This document shows, piece by piece, positions 1 through 9,337 of a stretch of 64,000 nucleotides of DNA. Below the pieces are notes generated by a model. That model searched no databases and was not told the DNA's origin. It saw only the letters and a program-made list of their open reading frames with translations. Both the position numbers and the translations under genes were made by a program. The first letter of the stretch is position 1. The number at the start of each line of letters is the position of its first letter. Source of the stretch: Pseudomonadota bacterium (GTDB lineage: Bacteria; Desulfobacterota; Desulfobacteria; Desulfobacterales; Desulfobacteraceae); NCBI GenBank assembly GCA_043827005.1, contig JBDRPM010000028.1, forward strand, positions 27,006-91,005, written 5' to 3'.

Positions 1-903
1 CTGTCATTAAAATCATTGCCTGCACCTGATTTCTCACGTCTTTTCCTGCATCATTATTTTAATCCGACACCGGTTTTACCAATTCTTTTTTCCCGTGGGT
101 GCCTGTGGCGCAAATGCCGGTTCTGTGCCCACAACTTTTCTTTTTCAGGATACCGGAAAAAAACTGTCACTGCATTTGTTGACGAAATTCAAAGCTATTA
201 CACCGCCCTGGGTGCTCGGTATTTTTATTCTGCTGACGAGTATATTGCACCGCCGGACATGGATGCCATTGCCATGGAGATCCAGTCAAGGGGATTGAAA
301 ATTTCCTACCAGATACTGGGAAAGCCCACACATGATTGTACCAGAGAGCGCATGGCCCTGTGGTCAGCCTCAGGCTGCCGGTGGATCGGCTGGGGAGTTG
401 AAAGCGGTTCCCAGCGCCTGCTGGATCTGATCAACAAAGGAACCCGGGTCACGGATATCGAACAGGTGCTTAAGGATTCTGCTGACGCGGGGATCTCGAA
501 TCTGCCAATGTTGATCTTTGGTCTGCCCACCAGTACGGATCAGGACCTGTCTGAAACCATCGGGTTTCTGGAACGTAACTATGACACGACAGACGCCCTT
601 TCGGCCAGTGCATTTGTGCTTTTTGAGGGAACCCACTTTGCCCGAAATGCCCGTCAATATAATCTGCATATAAACAGTCCCCATGAACTGTTTCAGGTGG
701 AAGGAAAACCCGTGCGCAGCCGACGGCTCAAATTCAAAGAAATCTCTTTTGACGGTTCTTTGCGGGCATCCAGAGGCGCCCTTGAAGTGTCAGAATGGAC
801 CCGCCATCGACGCTGGCTGGGAGAAATCCCGCTGTTGGAGCAACTGCCCAGCGAGCATTATCTGCTTCATGTGTCCGGGTTCAGACAATTGCAGCCTGCA
901 TAA
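1..903 (+). CDS. Radical SAM protein (B12-binding/class B-like family), C-terminal part; 5' end outside window
   Basis: Frame open from base 1; SRGCLWRKCRFC (Cx4Cx2C) cluster motif, ADE and GVESGSQRLLDLINKG motifs typical of B12-dependent radical SAM enzymes. Confidence 0.8.
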   Translation: MSLKSLPAPDFSRLFLHHYFNPTPVLPILFSRGCLWRKCRFCAHNFSFSGYRKKTVTAFVDEIQSYYTALGARYFYSADEYIAPPDMDAIAMEIQSRGLKISYQILGKPTHDCTRERMALWSASGCRWIGWGVESGSQRLLDLINKGTRVTDIEQVLKDSADAGISNLPMLIFGLPTSTDQDLSETIGFLERNYDTTDALSASAFVLFEGTHFARNARQYNLHINSPHELFQVEGKPVRSRRLKFKEISFDGSLRASRGALEVSEWTRHRRWLGEIPLLEQLPSEHYLLHVSGFRQLQPA

Positions 904-1032
904 AAAAAAAGTGTCAAAGAGCAGTACTTGTTTTAAAAAAAGAGAATGGGAAAATTGCGTCTGCAGACTATCTGAACAGTCGTCTGATTCCATTGATTTT
1001 CTGGTTTTATCCGTAACTTTTCTTTTTATAGG

Positions 1033-1346
1033 GGAAATGTGGTTTTTGAACGAGGTTTTATTCACATCCGGGACCCTAAAGGGGTAATCGATCAAACGAT
1101 CCCTTTGAACGGTACGGCACGGGATCTGCTACAAAATCACCATAGGACCCTAAGTCCCTATGTTTTTCCTGGGCGGGGGGAGGTGAACAGCGCACGGATA
1201 TTATAAAGCCCATGAAAAAAATCAGCAAGGCGGCTGGACTGCCTGAAAAATTCAGACCATTGCATGGGTTAAGGCACGTTTATACGTCGATGCTGGCATC
1301 GTCCGGCAAGGTTGATATGTACGTCCTTCAGAGGCTTTTAACCCAT
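1033..1346 (+). pseudogene. Tyrosine recombinase/integrase catalytic-domain remnant (frameshifted, truncated)
   Basis: Frame +1 reads FERGFIHIRDPKG..IPLN..YVFPGR; after a shift in the G-run at about 1175-1180, frame +3 reads ..FRPLHGLRHVYTSMLASSGKVDMYVLQRLLTH (HxLRH box II). Similarity stops before the catalytic Tyr; no N-terminus. Confidence 0.85.
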
Positions 1347-1544
1347 CTTTTTCATTATTCCCACATTGATATGGATGTCCTGGACCCTATTTTGATGCCT
1401 TCACCATGACCCTAATCTAACAGACCTTTTGTTGAACAGTGCTTTCCAAAGGTGAAGCGGTTTAACCCTTTTTTTTACTTCACTTTCTAAAGGCGATAAA
1501 TTTACCCATGTTCTGGAAAAATATAGAATCGCTTATACTATTGC

Positions 1545-1572
1545 TTGACAATACTATTGTGTTGTATATAAT
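1545..1572 (+). promoter_or_regulatory. Sigma-70 promoter of higBA
   Basis: TTGACA (1545-1550), 16 bp, TATAAT (1567-1572): exact consensus hexamers. Confidence 0.75.
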
Positions 1573-1578
1573 TTAGTC

Positions 1579-1860
1579 ATGATAAAGTCTTTTAAATGCA
1601 AAGAAACTGAGAAAGTTTTCAGTAGAACATTCTCAAAAAAATGGTCAAAAGATTTGCAAACATTGGCTTTTAGAAAATTGAGGATGATCAAGAACTCAAA
1701 TGGATTAAATGATTTAAGGATACCGCCTTCTAACCGGTTAGAAAAATTAAAAGGTGATAAAAAAGAACAATATAGCATAAGAATAAATGATCAATGGCGT
1801 ATCTGTTTTACCTGGATACATCCAGATGCTTATGATGTTGAAATAATAGATTACCATTAA
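1579..1860 (+). CDS. higB: Type II TA toxin HigB (RelE/ParE family)
   Basis: MIKSFKCKETEKVF...DLRIPPSNRLEKLKGD..QYSIRINDQWRICF..DYH; toxin-first order. Confidence 0.93.
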   Translation: MIKSFKCKETEKVFSRTFSKKWSKDLQTLAFRKLRMIKNSNGLNDLRIPPSNRLEKLKGDKKEQYSIRINDQWRICFTWIHPDAYDVEIIDYH

Positions 1861-1868
1861 AAGGAAGT

Positions 1869-2192
1869 ATGAATATGGCACAAAAAATAAATGCGCTTCA
1901 TCCGGGTGAGGTTTTATTTGAAGAATTTATAAAACCTTTGAATATCAGTCAATATAAATTGGCAAAAGATATCAATGTCAGCCAAATGAAAATCAGTGAG
2001 ATAGTTAAAAAGAAAAGAAGGATTACAACAGACACTGCCTTACGGCTGTCAAAATATTTTGGAACATCTATTGAATTTTGGCTTGGCCTGCAAAACGACT
2101 ATGATATTGACACGGCAATGGACAATGAAGATCTGTCTAGAACAATTAATAATATTCATCCATTTTGCAATAATATCTTAAGCAATGCTTAA
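1869..2192 (+). CDS. higA: Type II TA antitoxin HigA (Xre HTH)
   Basis: HPGEVLFEEFIKPLNISQYKLAKDI...RITTDTALRLSKYFGTSIEFWLGLQNDYD. Confidence 0.93.
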   Translation: MNMAQKINALHPGEVLFEEFIKPLNISQYKLAKDINVSQMKISEIVKKKRRITTDTALRLSKYFGTSIEFWLGLQNDYDIDTAMDNEDLSRTINNIHPFCNNILSNA

Positions 2193-2461
2193 ATCTTTTT
2201 CGGATGAGATCTTCCAAGGCCTGAGGTAAACCCTGGGTCTTTTCATTTTCTGACAGGGCCTTCACATTAAAAGTCATGGGGACAATTCCCGACAGAAATA
2301 ATTCTATGCAATGTGGAGAGCATTTTACTTTGGATAAAGTGAGTTTTGCGGATATTGCTACTTTTGCGGATAGGGTTTTTCAGAAAATTATGGAAAGGTC
2401 TTTCCGGATATGGACATATGAGCCATTTTTTTGTCTGGGAGATCCTGAAAAAAAAAACAGA

Positions 2462-2508
2462 GTTGGAAAAAAGGTTGGAATTTTGCCAGGTTGGAAATAC
2501 GGTTGGAA
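2462..2508 (+). repeat. Four direct GTTGGAA repeats; candidate integrase arm-type sites
   Basis: GTTGGAA at 2462, 2474, 2490 and 2502 (spacing 12/16/12), about 60 bp from the tRNA 3' end. Confidence 0.6.
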
Positions 2509-2520
2509 TCGATTTTCTTT

Positions 2521-2566
2521 AAAAATCAAAAAGGGCTTAGAATTTCTTCTAAACCCTTGATTTTAT
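2521..2566 (-). terminator. Inverted repeat directly 3' of tRNA-Met (terminator or att-associated hairpin)
   Basis: aaaatcaa..agggcttagaa / ttctaaacccttgatttt imperfect palindrome. Confidence 0.55.
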
Positions 2567-2567
2567 T

Positions 2568-2644
<77 letters not shown>

Positions 2645-2656
2645 TCAATGAAGGGC

Positions 2657-2685
2657 ACTATATAAAATTGTTAGATTTGTGTCAA
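2657..2685 (-). promoter_or_regulatory. Sigma-70 promoter of tRNA-Met
   Basis: TTGACA (2685-2680), 17 bp, TATAGT (2662-2657) on the minus strand. Confidence 0.65.
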
Positions 2686-2734
2686 GACTTATTATGCCTA
2701 AATGTTTGAAAAGCCTGTAAACAATTGCGTTTAA

Positions 2735-3703
2735 TCATGGCAATCTGGCAAGGGCCTGTTTGAGTTCTTCAATTGAAGCGGTTGCTGTACCCACCTTTGC
2801 CACGACAATACCGGCAGCAGCATTGGCAATCTGGGCGCTTTGTTTGAAACTGGCGCCTGTGGCAAGACCAAGGCCCAAAAGAGAGATAACCGTATCCCCT
2901 GCACCGGAGACATCAAAAACCTGGCGGGCATTGGATTCAATATGAAAAACCGGCTCACCTTTTTCAAACAGCATCATTCCGTCCTGGCCACAGGTGATCA
3001 GCAGTTTTTCAAGTTTTACTTTTTTCATGATTTTGTTTCCGGCATTTACCAGATCCTGATCACAGTGTATATCCATGTTGGCAGCCAGGCTTGCTTCTTT
3101 TTTATTGGGTGTCAGAATGTTAACCGCTTCATATTTTGTGAAATTTAAAGATTTTGGATCAGCCAGCACCAGCACCTGATGCTGTTTGGCCAGCTTAACG
3201 GTTTCTTGAACCAGTTTCGGGGTAATCAAACCTTTATCATAATCTGAAATAATGACCAGATTAGTGTCTTTGATATTTTGCGCAATAATTGCCACAAGTT
3301 TTTCAAGGGTTTCATCTGTGATATTTTTTTTGATTTCCCTGTCGATTCTTAACACCTGCTGGTTGGATGCAATCACCCGGGTTTTACGGGTGGTGGGTCT
3401 TAGGGGCTCACTGATAATGCCGTCTGTTGATATACCCAGCTCCTTGAACTTGTCAAATATCATCTGGCCGGCCTTGCCTGTACCGGCTGTCCCAATGGCA
3501 CACACTTTGGCACCCATGGCTGTCAGGTTATTGATCACATTACCGGCGCCTCCAAGAGTCTGACTTTCTTTGAGAACACAGACCACCGGAACCGGAGCTT
3601 CCGGAGAGATCCGGTCAACACTGCCCCACAGATATTCATCGATCATTAAATCGCCAATCACCATGGCTGTAACAGCTTTAAATTTATCAAGATCATAAAT
3701 CAT
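2735..3703 (-). CDS. rfaE1: D-glycero-beta-D-manno-heptose-7-phosphate kinase (RfaE domain I, PfkB family)
   Basis: GDLMIDEYLWGSVDRISPEAPVPV, GGAGNV, SDYDKG, DVSGAGDTV. Confidence 0.92.
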   Translation of the reverse strand: MIYDLDKFKAVTAMVIGDLMIDEYLWGSVDRISPEAPVPVVCVLKESQTLGGAGNVINNLTAMGAKVCAIGTAGTGKAGQMIFDKFKELGISTDGIISEPLRPTTRKTRVIASNQQVLRIDREIKKNITDETLEKLVAIIAQNIKDTNLVIISDYDKGLITPKLVQETVKLAKQHQVLVLADPKSLNFTKYEAVNILTPNKKEASLAANMDIHCDQDLVNAGNKIMKKVKLEKLLITCGQDGMMLFEKGEPVFHIESNARQVFDVSGAGDTVISLLGLGLATGASFKQSAQIANAAAGIVVAKVGTATASIEELKQALARLP

Positions 3704-4305
3704 GATGATAACAAAGACCCCAGCATGATTTTAAGTTCTTCATAACTTCTGGTCACAGGCACTTCAGGAAAATCTGTTATCACTGATTCTGGCGGGCAAA
3801 AGAAGAAACCATGATCTGCTTGCTGGATCATGCCGATATCATTATAAGAATCCCCAAATGCGATGACCTCATAATTCAATTGTTTAAAAGCCTTTACAGC
3901 CCGTTTTTTCTGATCATCAATCCGAAGATTGTAAGCAATGACATTGCCGGCAGGATCCAGAGTCAGGCTGTGGCAGAACACCACTGGAAAATTGAGCTTT
4001 TTCATCAATGGTTTTATAAATTCTTCAAATGTATCCGACAGAATAATAATCTGGGATCGTTCCCTTATCCAGGCCAGGGTTTCTACTGCCCCGTCCAGGG
4101 GATTCAATGTGGCTATGACATCCTGAATATCCTGGATTTTTATATGATGTTCTTTTAATATGCCCAGCCGTTTGGTCATGAGCACATCATAGTCACTGAT
4201 ATCCCGGGTGGTCAGTTTCAGCTCTTCGATCCCGGTTTTTATTGCAACATTAATCCAGATTTCCGGCAAAAAGACCCCTTCCAGGTCTGCAACAATCATT
4301 TTCAT
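3700..4305 (-). CDS. thrH: Bifunctional phosphoserine phosphatase/homoserine phosphotransferase (HAD)
   Basis: DLEGVFLPEIWI, TTRDISDYDVLM, GDSYND; follows hom. Confidence 0.92.
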   Translation of the reverse strand: MKMIVADLEGVFLPEIWINVAIKTGIEELKLTTRDISDYDVLMTKRLGILKEHHIKIQDIQDVIATLNPLDGAVETLAWIRERSQIIILSDTFEEFIKPLMKKLNFPVVFCHSLTLDPAGNVIAYNLRIDDQKKRAVKAFKQLNYEVIAFGDSYNDIGMIQQADHGFFFCPPESVITDFPEVPVTRSYEELKIMLGSLLSS

Positions 4306-4310
4306 TTTGT

Positions 4311-5627
4311 CTACTCCTCAGCAGCAGTTTCTTCAATTCGAATAACAACAGGGTCTCCAACAACAGACTGACTTTTGGAAATCTCTTGCAATGCGGCCTG
4401 TACACTGGCTTCTTTGGCAAGATGGGTAATCATGACCACCGGAACCAGACCTTTGCTGCTTCTTCCTTTCTGGTGGACCGATTTGATACTGATATTGTTT
4501 GTTCCCAATACGCCTGCGATCATGGCCAGCACGCCGGGATGATCCTTGGCGTTAAATCTCAGATAATAGCGGGTTGTGAGCTTATCCATGGGTAAAATGG
4601 GAATCTGCTTGATATTTTTATTAAGGCAACCCAGAATCGGCATCCGTGCTCTGGTGCATGCAATCATATTCCTGGCAATGTCAGCAATATCACTTAAAAC
4701 AGCACTGGCAGTGGGCATCATCCCGGCACCCCTGCCGTAGAGCATGGTCTGGCCGGTGGCATCCGCATTAATGACGATGGCGTTCATGGCTTGATCCACA
4801 TGGGACAATGGATTGCTGTCCGGTATCATGGTGGGATGAACTCTTGCCTCCACATGATCCCCATGGATTTTACCAATGGCCAATAGCTTGATCGTATACC
4901 CGAACTCTCTGGCAAACTCGATATCAATGGGCGTAATATTGCGGATGCCTTCCACATGGATATCTTTTAAATTGATTTCCATGCCATGGGCCAGAGAATT
5001 TAAAATAGCCAGCTTGTGAGCCGTGTCATGACCGTCTATATCCAGAGAGGGTTCTGCTTCTGCAAACCCAAGAGCCTGGGCATCTTTTAAGGCATCTTCA
5101 AATTCAGATCCTTCCTGTGAAATCCGGGTTAATATATAATTGCAGGTTCCGTTCAATATAGCGGACATGGACAAAATATGATTGGCCACATAAGATTCTC
5201 TTAAGGATTTGATAATGGGCATGCATCCGCCGCAACTGGCCTCAAATGCCAGATCCACCTTGTTTTTATCGGCAAGTTTGACCAGATCGTTTCCAAATGC
5301 AGCCAAAAGTGCCTTGTTGGCCGTTACCACATGCTTTTTATGATTCAATGCTTTTTCAATAAATGTCCTGGCAATGGTTTCACCACCAATGGTTTCAACG
5401 ATAATATCAATCTGAGGATCATCAATCACCTGATTTGCATCAGCAAGTAATTGGGTTTGCTTTAAATCAATGCCCCGGTCGGTGGTCGTATCAATATCAG
5501 CAATTGATTTAAGGTTTAAAACCGCACCGATTCTGGATTCCAGCAATTGTTTTTTTTCAATCAGCAACTTTGCCACGCCTGCGCCGACAACACCGTATCC
5601 CAGGATTCCGATATTGATTTTTTCCAT
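4311..5627 (-). CDS. hom: Homoserine dehydrogenase with C-terminal ACT domain
   Basis: GYGVVG, VVTANKA, FEASCGG, LNGTCNYIL, GAGMMPTASAV; start set at second Met with GGAG SD. Confidence 0.95.
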   Translation of the reverse strand: MEKINIGILGYGVVGAGVAKLLIEKKQLLESRIGAVLNLKSIADIDTTTDRGIDLKQTQLLADANQVIDDPQIDIIVETIGGETIARTFIEKALNHKKHVVTANKALLAAFGNDLVKLADKNKVDLAFEASCGGCMPIIKSLRESYVANHILSMSAILNGTCNYILTRISQEGSEFEDALKDAQALGFAEAEPSLDIDGHDTAHKLAILNSLAHGMEINLKDIHVEGIRNITPIDIEFAREFGYTIKLLAIGKIHGDHVEARVHPTMIPDSNPLSHVDQAMNAIVINADATGQTMLYGRGAGMMPTASAVLSDIADIARNMIACTRARMPILGCLNKNIKQIPILPMDKLTTRYYLRFNAKDHPGVLAMIAGVLGTNNISIKSVHQKGRSSKGLVPVVMITHLAKEASVQAALQEISKSQSVVGDPVVIRIEETAAEE

Positions 5628-5656
5628 TTGGTTTAATTCTCCAAAATTTAAGTTCA

Positions 5657-5750
5657 TATAACGGTCATGGGCCGCCCTGGTAGTTCACCCTGGCCTGCCC
5701 ACGACAAAACATGAAAGAAAAGCAGTGATTTTTTCAAATTCTTTCATATA
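5657..5750 (+). repeat. Dispersed two-hairpin repeat, copy 1
   Basis: TATAACGGTCATGGGCCGCCCTGG..CCTGCCCACGACAAAACATGAAAGAA..TTCTTTCATATA; aligns by eye with 26073-26164 and 28246-28334. Confidence 0.75.
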
Positions 5751-5876
5751 GAGTAAAATAGATACATTATTCAACTGCTGATGTCAAAAAGCTTTTGACT
5801 TTTCAACGTTTTCTGTTTAGTATTGAAGGGTTTTTATCAAGATTAAACAACGTAAATTTCAAATAGGTGAGCATAC

Positions 5877-6920
5877 ATGAGCGACTCCTTAACATATGCG
5901 GATTCCGGTGTTGATATTGACAAGGCAAGCCGGCTGGTAGATCGTATAAAAGTTATTGCAAAATCAACCCCAAGATCAGGTGTCATGGGTGAAATCGGTG
6001 GATTTGGCGGCCTTTATTCTCTTAACTTATCCAATATTTCCAATCCGGTTCTGGTCAGTTCCACAGATGGTGTGGGCACCAAAATTAAAATTGCCTTTAT
6101 GATGGACAAGCATGACACCATTGGGATTGATCTGGTGGCCATGTGTGTCAATGACATCATTGTCCAGGGTGCAAAGCCCTTATTTTTCCTGGATTATATT
6201 GCCATGGGAAAACTGGATAATGCAGTGGCTGAACAGATTGTCCTTGGTATTGCCGATGGCTGTACCCAGGCCGGCTGTGCCTTGATTGGCGGCGAAACAG
6301 CAGAGATGCCGGGGATATACCAGCAAGGAGAATATGACCTTGCCGGATTTTCTGTCGGAATGGTAGACAACACCAAAATCATTGACGGCTCATCCATCCG
6401 GAATGGTCATAAATTGATCGGTCTGGCCTCCAGTGGGATTCATTCCAATGGATTTTCCCTGGTTAGAAAAATACTTTTTGATAAATGCAAATATAATGTC
6501 AACACCAGGCTCAATGATCTGGGCATCACCCTTGGTGAAGAGCTGTTAAAACCGACCATCATTTATGTGTCCACCATTTTGAGCCTGTTACGGGATCTTC
6601 CTATCCACGGGCTGGTTCATATCACGGGCGGCGGCATTGATGAGAATATCATCCGTGTTATCCCGGAAGCCTGTAAAGCCATTGTTCATAAAGATGCCTG
6701 GCAGACACCCCCTATTTTTAAAATCCTTCAAACACAGGGAAATGTGTCGGACAGAGAAATGCATCGAACATTTAATAATGGTATCGGTATGGTAATGGTT
6801 GTGCCTGAAAAGTCTGCCCAGGAAGTCATGGACAGACTGGGTGCAATGGACGAAAAAGCCTATTTTATCGGTGAAATCCTGAACAGAGAAAATAATGAAC
6901 CCCAGACCGAATGGGTTTAA
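5877..6920 (+). CDS. purM: Phosphoribosylformylglycinamidine cyclo-ligase
   Basis: YADSGVDI, STDGVGTK, GGETAEMPG, SSGIHSNGFSLVR, RTFNNGIG. Confidence 0.97.
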   Translation: MSDSLTYADSGVDIDKASRLVDRIKVIAKSTPRSGVMGEIGGFGGLYSLNLSNISNPVLVSSTDGVGTKIKIAFMMDKHDTIGIDLVAMCVNDIIVQGAKPLFFLDYIAMGKLDNAVAEQIVLGIADGCTQAGCALIGGETAEMPGIYQQGEYDLAGFSVGMVDNTKIIDGSSIRNGHKLIGLASSGIHSNGFSLVRKILFDKCKYNVNTRLNDLGITLGEELLKPTIIYVSTILSLLRDLPIHGLVHITGGGIDENIIRVIPEACKAIVHKDAWQTPPIFKILQTQGNVSDREMHRTFNNGIGMVMVVPEKSAQEVMDRLGAMDEKAYFIGEILNRENNEPQTEWV

Positions 6921-6936
6921 TCATTACTGACACCCC

Positions 6937-7938
6937 ATGATCGTTCTCGGGATTGAATCCTCCTGCGATGAAACCGCAGCAGCTATTGTTAAAGATGGTT
7001 CTTATATTCTTTCCTCGGAGATTGCGTCCCAGATACAGGTTCATCATAAATATGGCGGTGTGGTACCGGAACTTGCGGCGCGCATGCACATTGAAGCCAT
7101 TGGCCCTGTTGTGGACAAGGCCATTCATACAGCCCAAATTACCCTTGATGACATTGACGGTGTTGCCGCTACCCGGGGTCCCGGGCTAATTGGTGCCCTT
7201 TTGGTCGGATTTAATTTTGCCAAAGCCTTTGCATGGGCAAAAGACCTGCCGTTTGCCGGGGTCAACCATCTTGAAGCCCATATTTACTCATTGTTTTTAA
7301 TGGACCCGCCGCCGGCCTTCCCGTTTATCGCCCTGGTGGTTTCAGGCGGCCATACCAATATTTACCATGTTTTATCCCATGAGCATTTTGAACTCATGGG
7401 GCAGACACGAGATGATGCGGCAGGTGAGGCGTTTGATAAAGTCGCCAAAATGCTGGGCCTTGGATATCCTGGTGGACCCATCATTGAAACCCTTGCAAAA
7501 ACAAAAAACCCGGATGCCATAACCTTTCCCAGAACCATGCTGGACAAAGACAGTTTTGATTTCAGTTTCAGTGGAATTAAATCTTCAGTTGCCCGATATA
7601 TCCATGATCAAAAAATCATCAGCGATGATGATAAAGCCCAGGTTGCAGCCTCGTTTCAGGCTGCCGTCATTGATGTGCTGTCCCAGAAACTGATCAATGC
7701 TGCTCTGTTTAAAAAATGTCGGCAGATTGCGGTTTCAGGCGGGGTTTCTGCAAACAAGACCTTTGTTGAACAATTATCAAAGGCTGCCGGCAAAAAAAAT
7801 ATCCATGTTTTTGCACCGCCACTGGCCCTGTGCGGAGATAATGCTGCCATGATCGCTGCAAGAGGAACCACCATGATCCTGCAAAAACAGTTTTGCCGCC
7901 TGGAGCATGATGTGTTTTCAAGAACCCTGATCGATTAA
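6937..7938 (+). CDS. tsaD: tRNA N6-threonylcarbamoyltransferase
   Basis: GIESSCDETAAA, GGVVPELAAR, HLEAH, SGGHT, DDAAGEAFDK, DNAAMIA. Confidence 0.97.
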   Translation: MIVLGIESSCDETAAAIVKDGSYILSSEIASQIQVHHKYGGVVPELAARMHIEAIGPVVDKAIHTAQITLDDIDGVAATRGPGLIGALLVGFNFAKAFAWAKDLPFAGVNHLEAHIYSLFLMDPPPAFPFIALVVSGGHTNIYHVLSHEHFELMGQTRDDAAGEAFDKVAKMLGLGYPGGPIIETLAKTKNPDAITFPRTMLDKDSFDFSFSGIKSSVARYIHDQKIISDDDKAQVAASFQAAVIDVLSQKLINAALFKKCRQIAVSGGVSANKTFVEQLSKAAGKKNIHVFAPPLALCGDNAAMIAARGTTMILQKQFCRLEHDVFSRTLID

Positions 7939-7964
7939 CCCTGCCCACTCACAAAAGAACGATT

Positions 7965-8975
7965 TTACAGTTTAAATTCATGTTTCAGATATTGTTTCTT
8001 GAACCTTAAAATCCGTTCAACTGAAACCTTTCCCATCTCATACAATAAGGGCTCATCAGACAGAAGACAATTGATTTCATCTGCTGCAATTTCGATATTG
8101 GGACCTGCATGACAGATCAATGCCATATCGATCTGTGACAAAAGGATCTGCCTGACACAGGTTTTCATATCATGGCCAATGGCTTTCATATCCAGATCAT
8201 CGGTCATGATAATACCTTGATATCCCAGTTTATTGCGCAACAGCTCATTGGCTATGGCCGGAGACAGGCTGGCCTGCCAGTCCTGGTCCAGATCAGGATA
8301 AAAAATATGGGACAGCATCATGCCGGATACATTGGATTTTATGGCATGCTTAAATGGAATTAAATCCGAGCATTCAAGTGTTTCAAGCGAAATATCCAGT
8401 TTTGGAAGATGAAAATGGGAATCCAGAACCGTCCTGCCGATACCGGGAAAGTGCTTTGCCACGGCCATGATTCCATTTTTTTGCAGGGTGTTGATCACTT
8501 CTTTGCCAAGAATGGAAACAATGTTGGCATCTGCTTTAAACACCCGGTCTTTCATGATGCTGCTCACCCCTTTGGGTTCAATATCAAGAACCGGGGCAAG
8601 GTTCATGTTGATTCCCACAGCCTTTAATTCCTGGGCTGTGATCCGGGCAAAAATTCGGGCATCCTCAATGGATTGAATGAACGGATTGCCTTTAAACTGT
8701 GTAAATCCTTTTTTAAGCCGCGCAACTGTGCCGCCCTCCTGGTCCACAGCAATCATCAACGGCAAAAGACCACATTTTCTGGCATAGGCCTGACAGTCAC
8801 GGCAAAGTGCAGAGATCTGTTCAGGATCTTCAATATTATTCTTAAATAAAATGATGCCGCCGGCTTTGATATCATTGATAATATATTTTATTTCATCATT
8901 AAAGACAGGGCTGTCAAACCCCAGCATCAGGCGTTGACCGGCAAGTGTTCGGATCTCGGTCATCTTTTTATCCAT
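7965..8975 (-). CDS. nagZ: Beta-N-acetylhexosaminidase (GH3)
   Basis: DQEGGTVARL, APVLD, KHFPGIG..DSH, TDDLDMKA. Confidence 0.9.
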   Translation of the reverse strand: MDKKMTEIRTLAGQRLMLGFDSPVFNDEIKYIINDIKAGGIILFKNNIEDPEQISALCRDCQAYARKCGLLPLMIAVDQEGGTVARLKKGFTQFKGNPFIQSIEDARIFARITAQELKAVGINMNLAPVLDIEPKGVSSIMKDRVFKADANIVSILGKEVINTLQKNGIMAVAKHFPGIGRTVLDSHFHLPKLDISLETLECSDLIPFKHAIKSNVSGMMLSHIFYPDLDQDWQASLSPAIANELLRNKLGYQGIIMTDDLDMKAIGHDMKTCVRQILLSQIDMALICHAGPNIEIAADEINCLLSDEPLLYEMGKVSVERILRFKKQYLKHEFKL

Positions 8976-9007
8976 GATCGCATCCTGGCAGAAAAAACAG
9001 CAACAGA

Positions 9008-9337
9008 CTATCCTTTAATTTTTTGCAGGGCTTCTTTAAGAAGGACTGTCACCTGTTCAGACAATTGTCCAGCCTGTTCAATATTGCCTGCTACTTTGTC
9101 CATCCCTTCCTCTTTTGCCCGGCCCGCCCATGTAAAAAATGTCTGCTTGTGGCTGTCATTGTGATCTATCCAGTGACTGAGCAATTTTTCCAGTTTCTGT
9201 GCCAGACTCATCTGTTCTGGAACATTGTGGCCATGCGGCTTGTCATGGCTGTGATCATGGCTGTGAGAGTGGTCATGGGAATGTCCATGACAATGGCCAT
9301 GGGTGTGAGATTGATCTTCTTTATGGTCGTGGGTCAT
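9008..9337 (-). CDS. Small His-rich putative metal-binding protein
   Basis: N-terminal HxHxH tract followed by a helical domain with HWIDHNDSH; start overlaps the upstream stop. Confidence 0.75.
   Translation of the reverse strand: MTHDHKEDQSHTHGHCHGHSHDHSHSHDHSHDKPHGHNVPEQMSLAQKLEKLLSHWIDHNDSHKQTFFTWAGRAKEEGMDKVAGNIEQAGQLSEQVTVLLKEALQKIKG

Noticed and set aside
2276-2560. 94-aa ORF next to the tRNA
   Set aside because: Runs through the repeat array and hairpin; no recognisable motif; likely spurious.
7936-7960. TAACCCTGCCCACTCACAAAA, resembling part of the dispersed repeat
   Set aside because: Too short to distinguish from chance.
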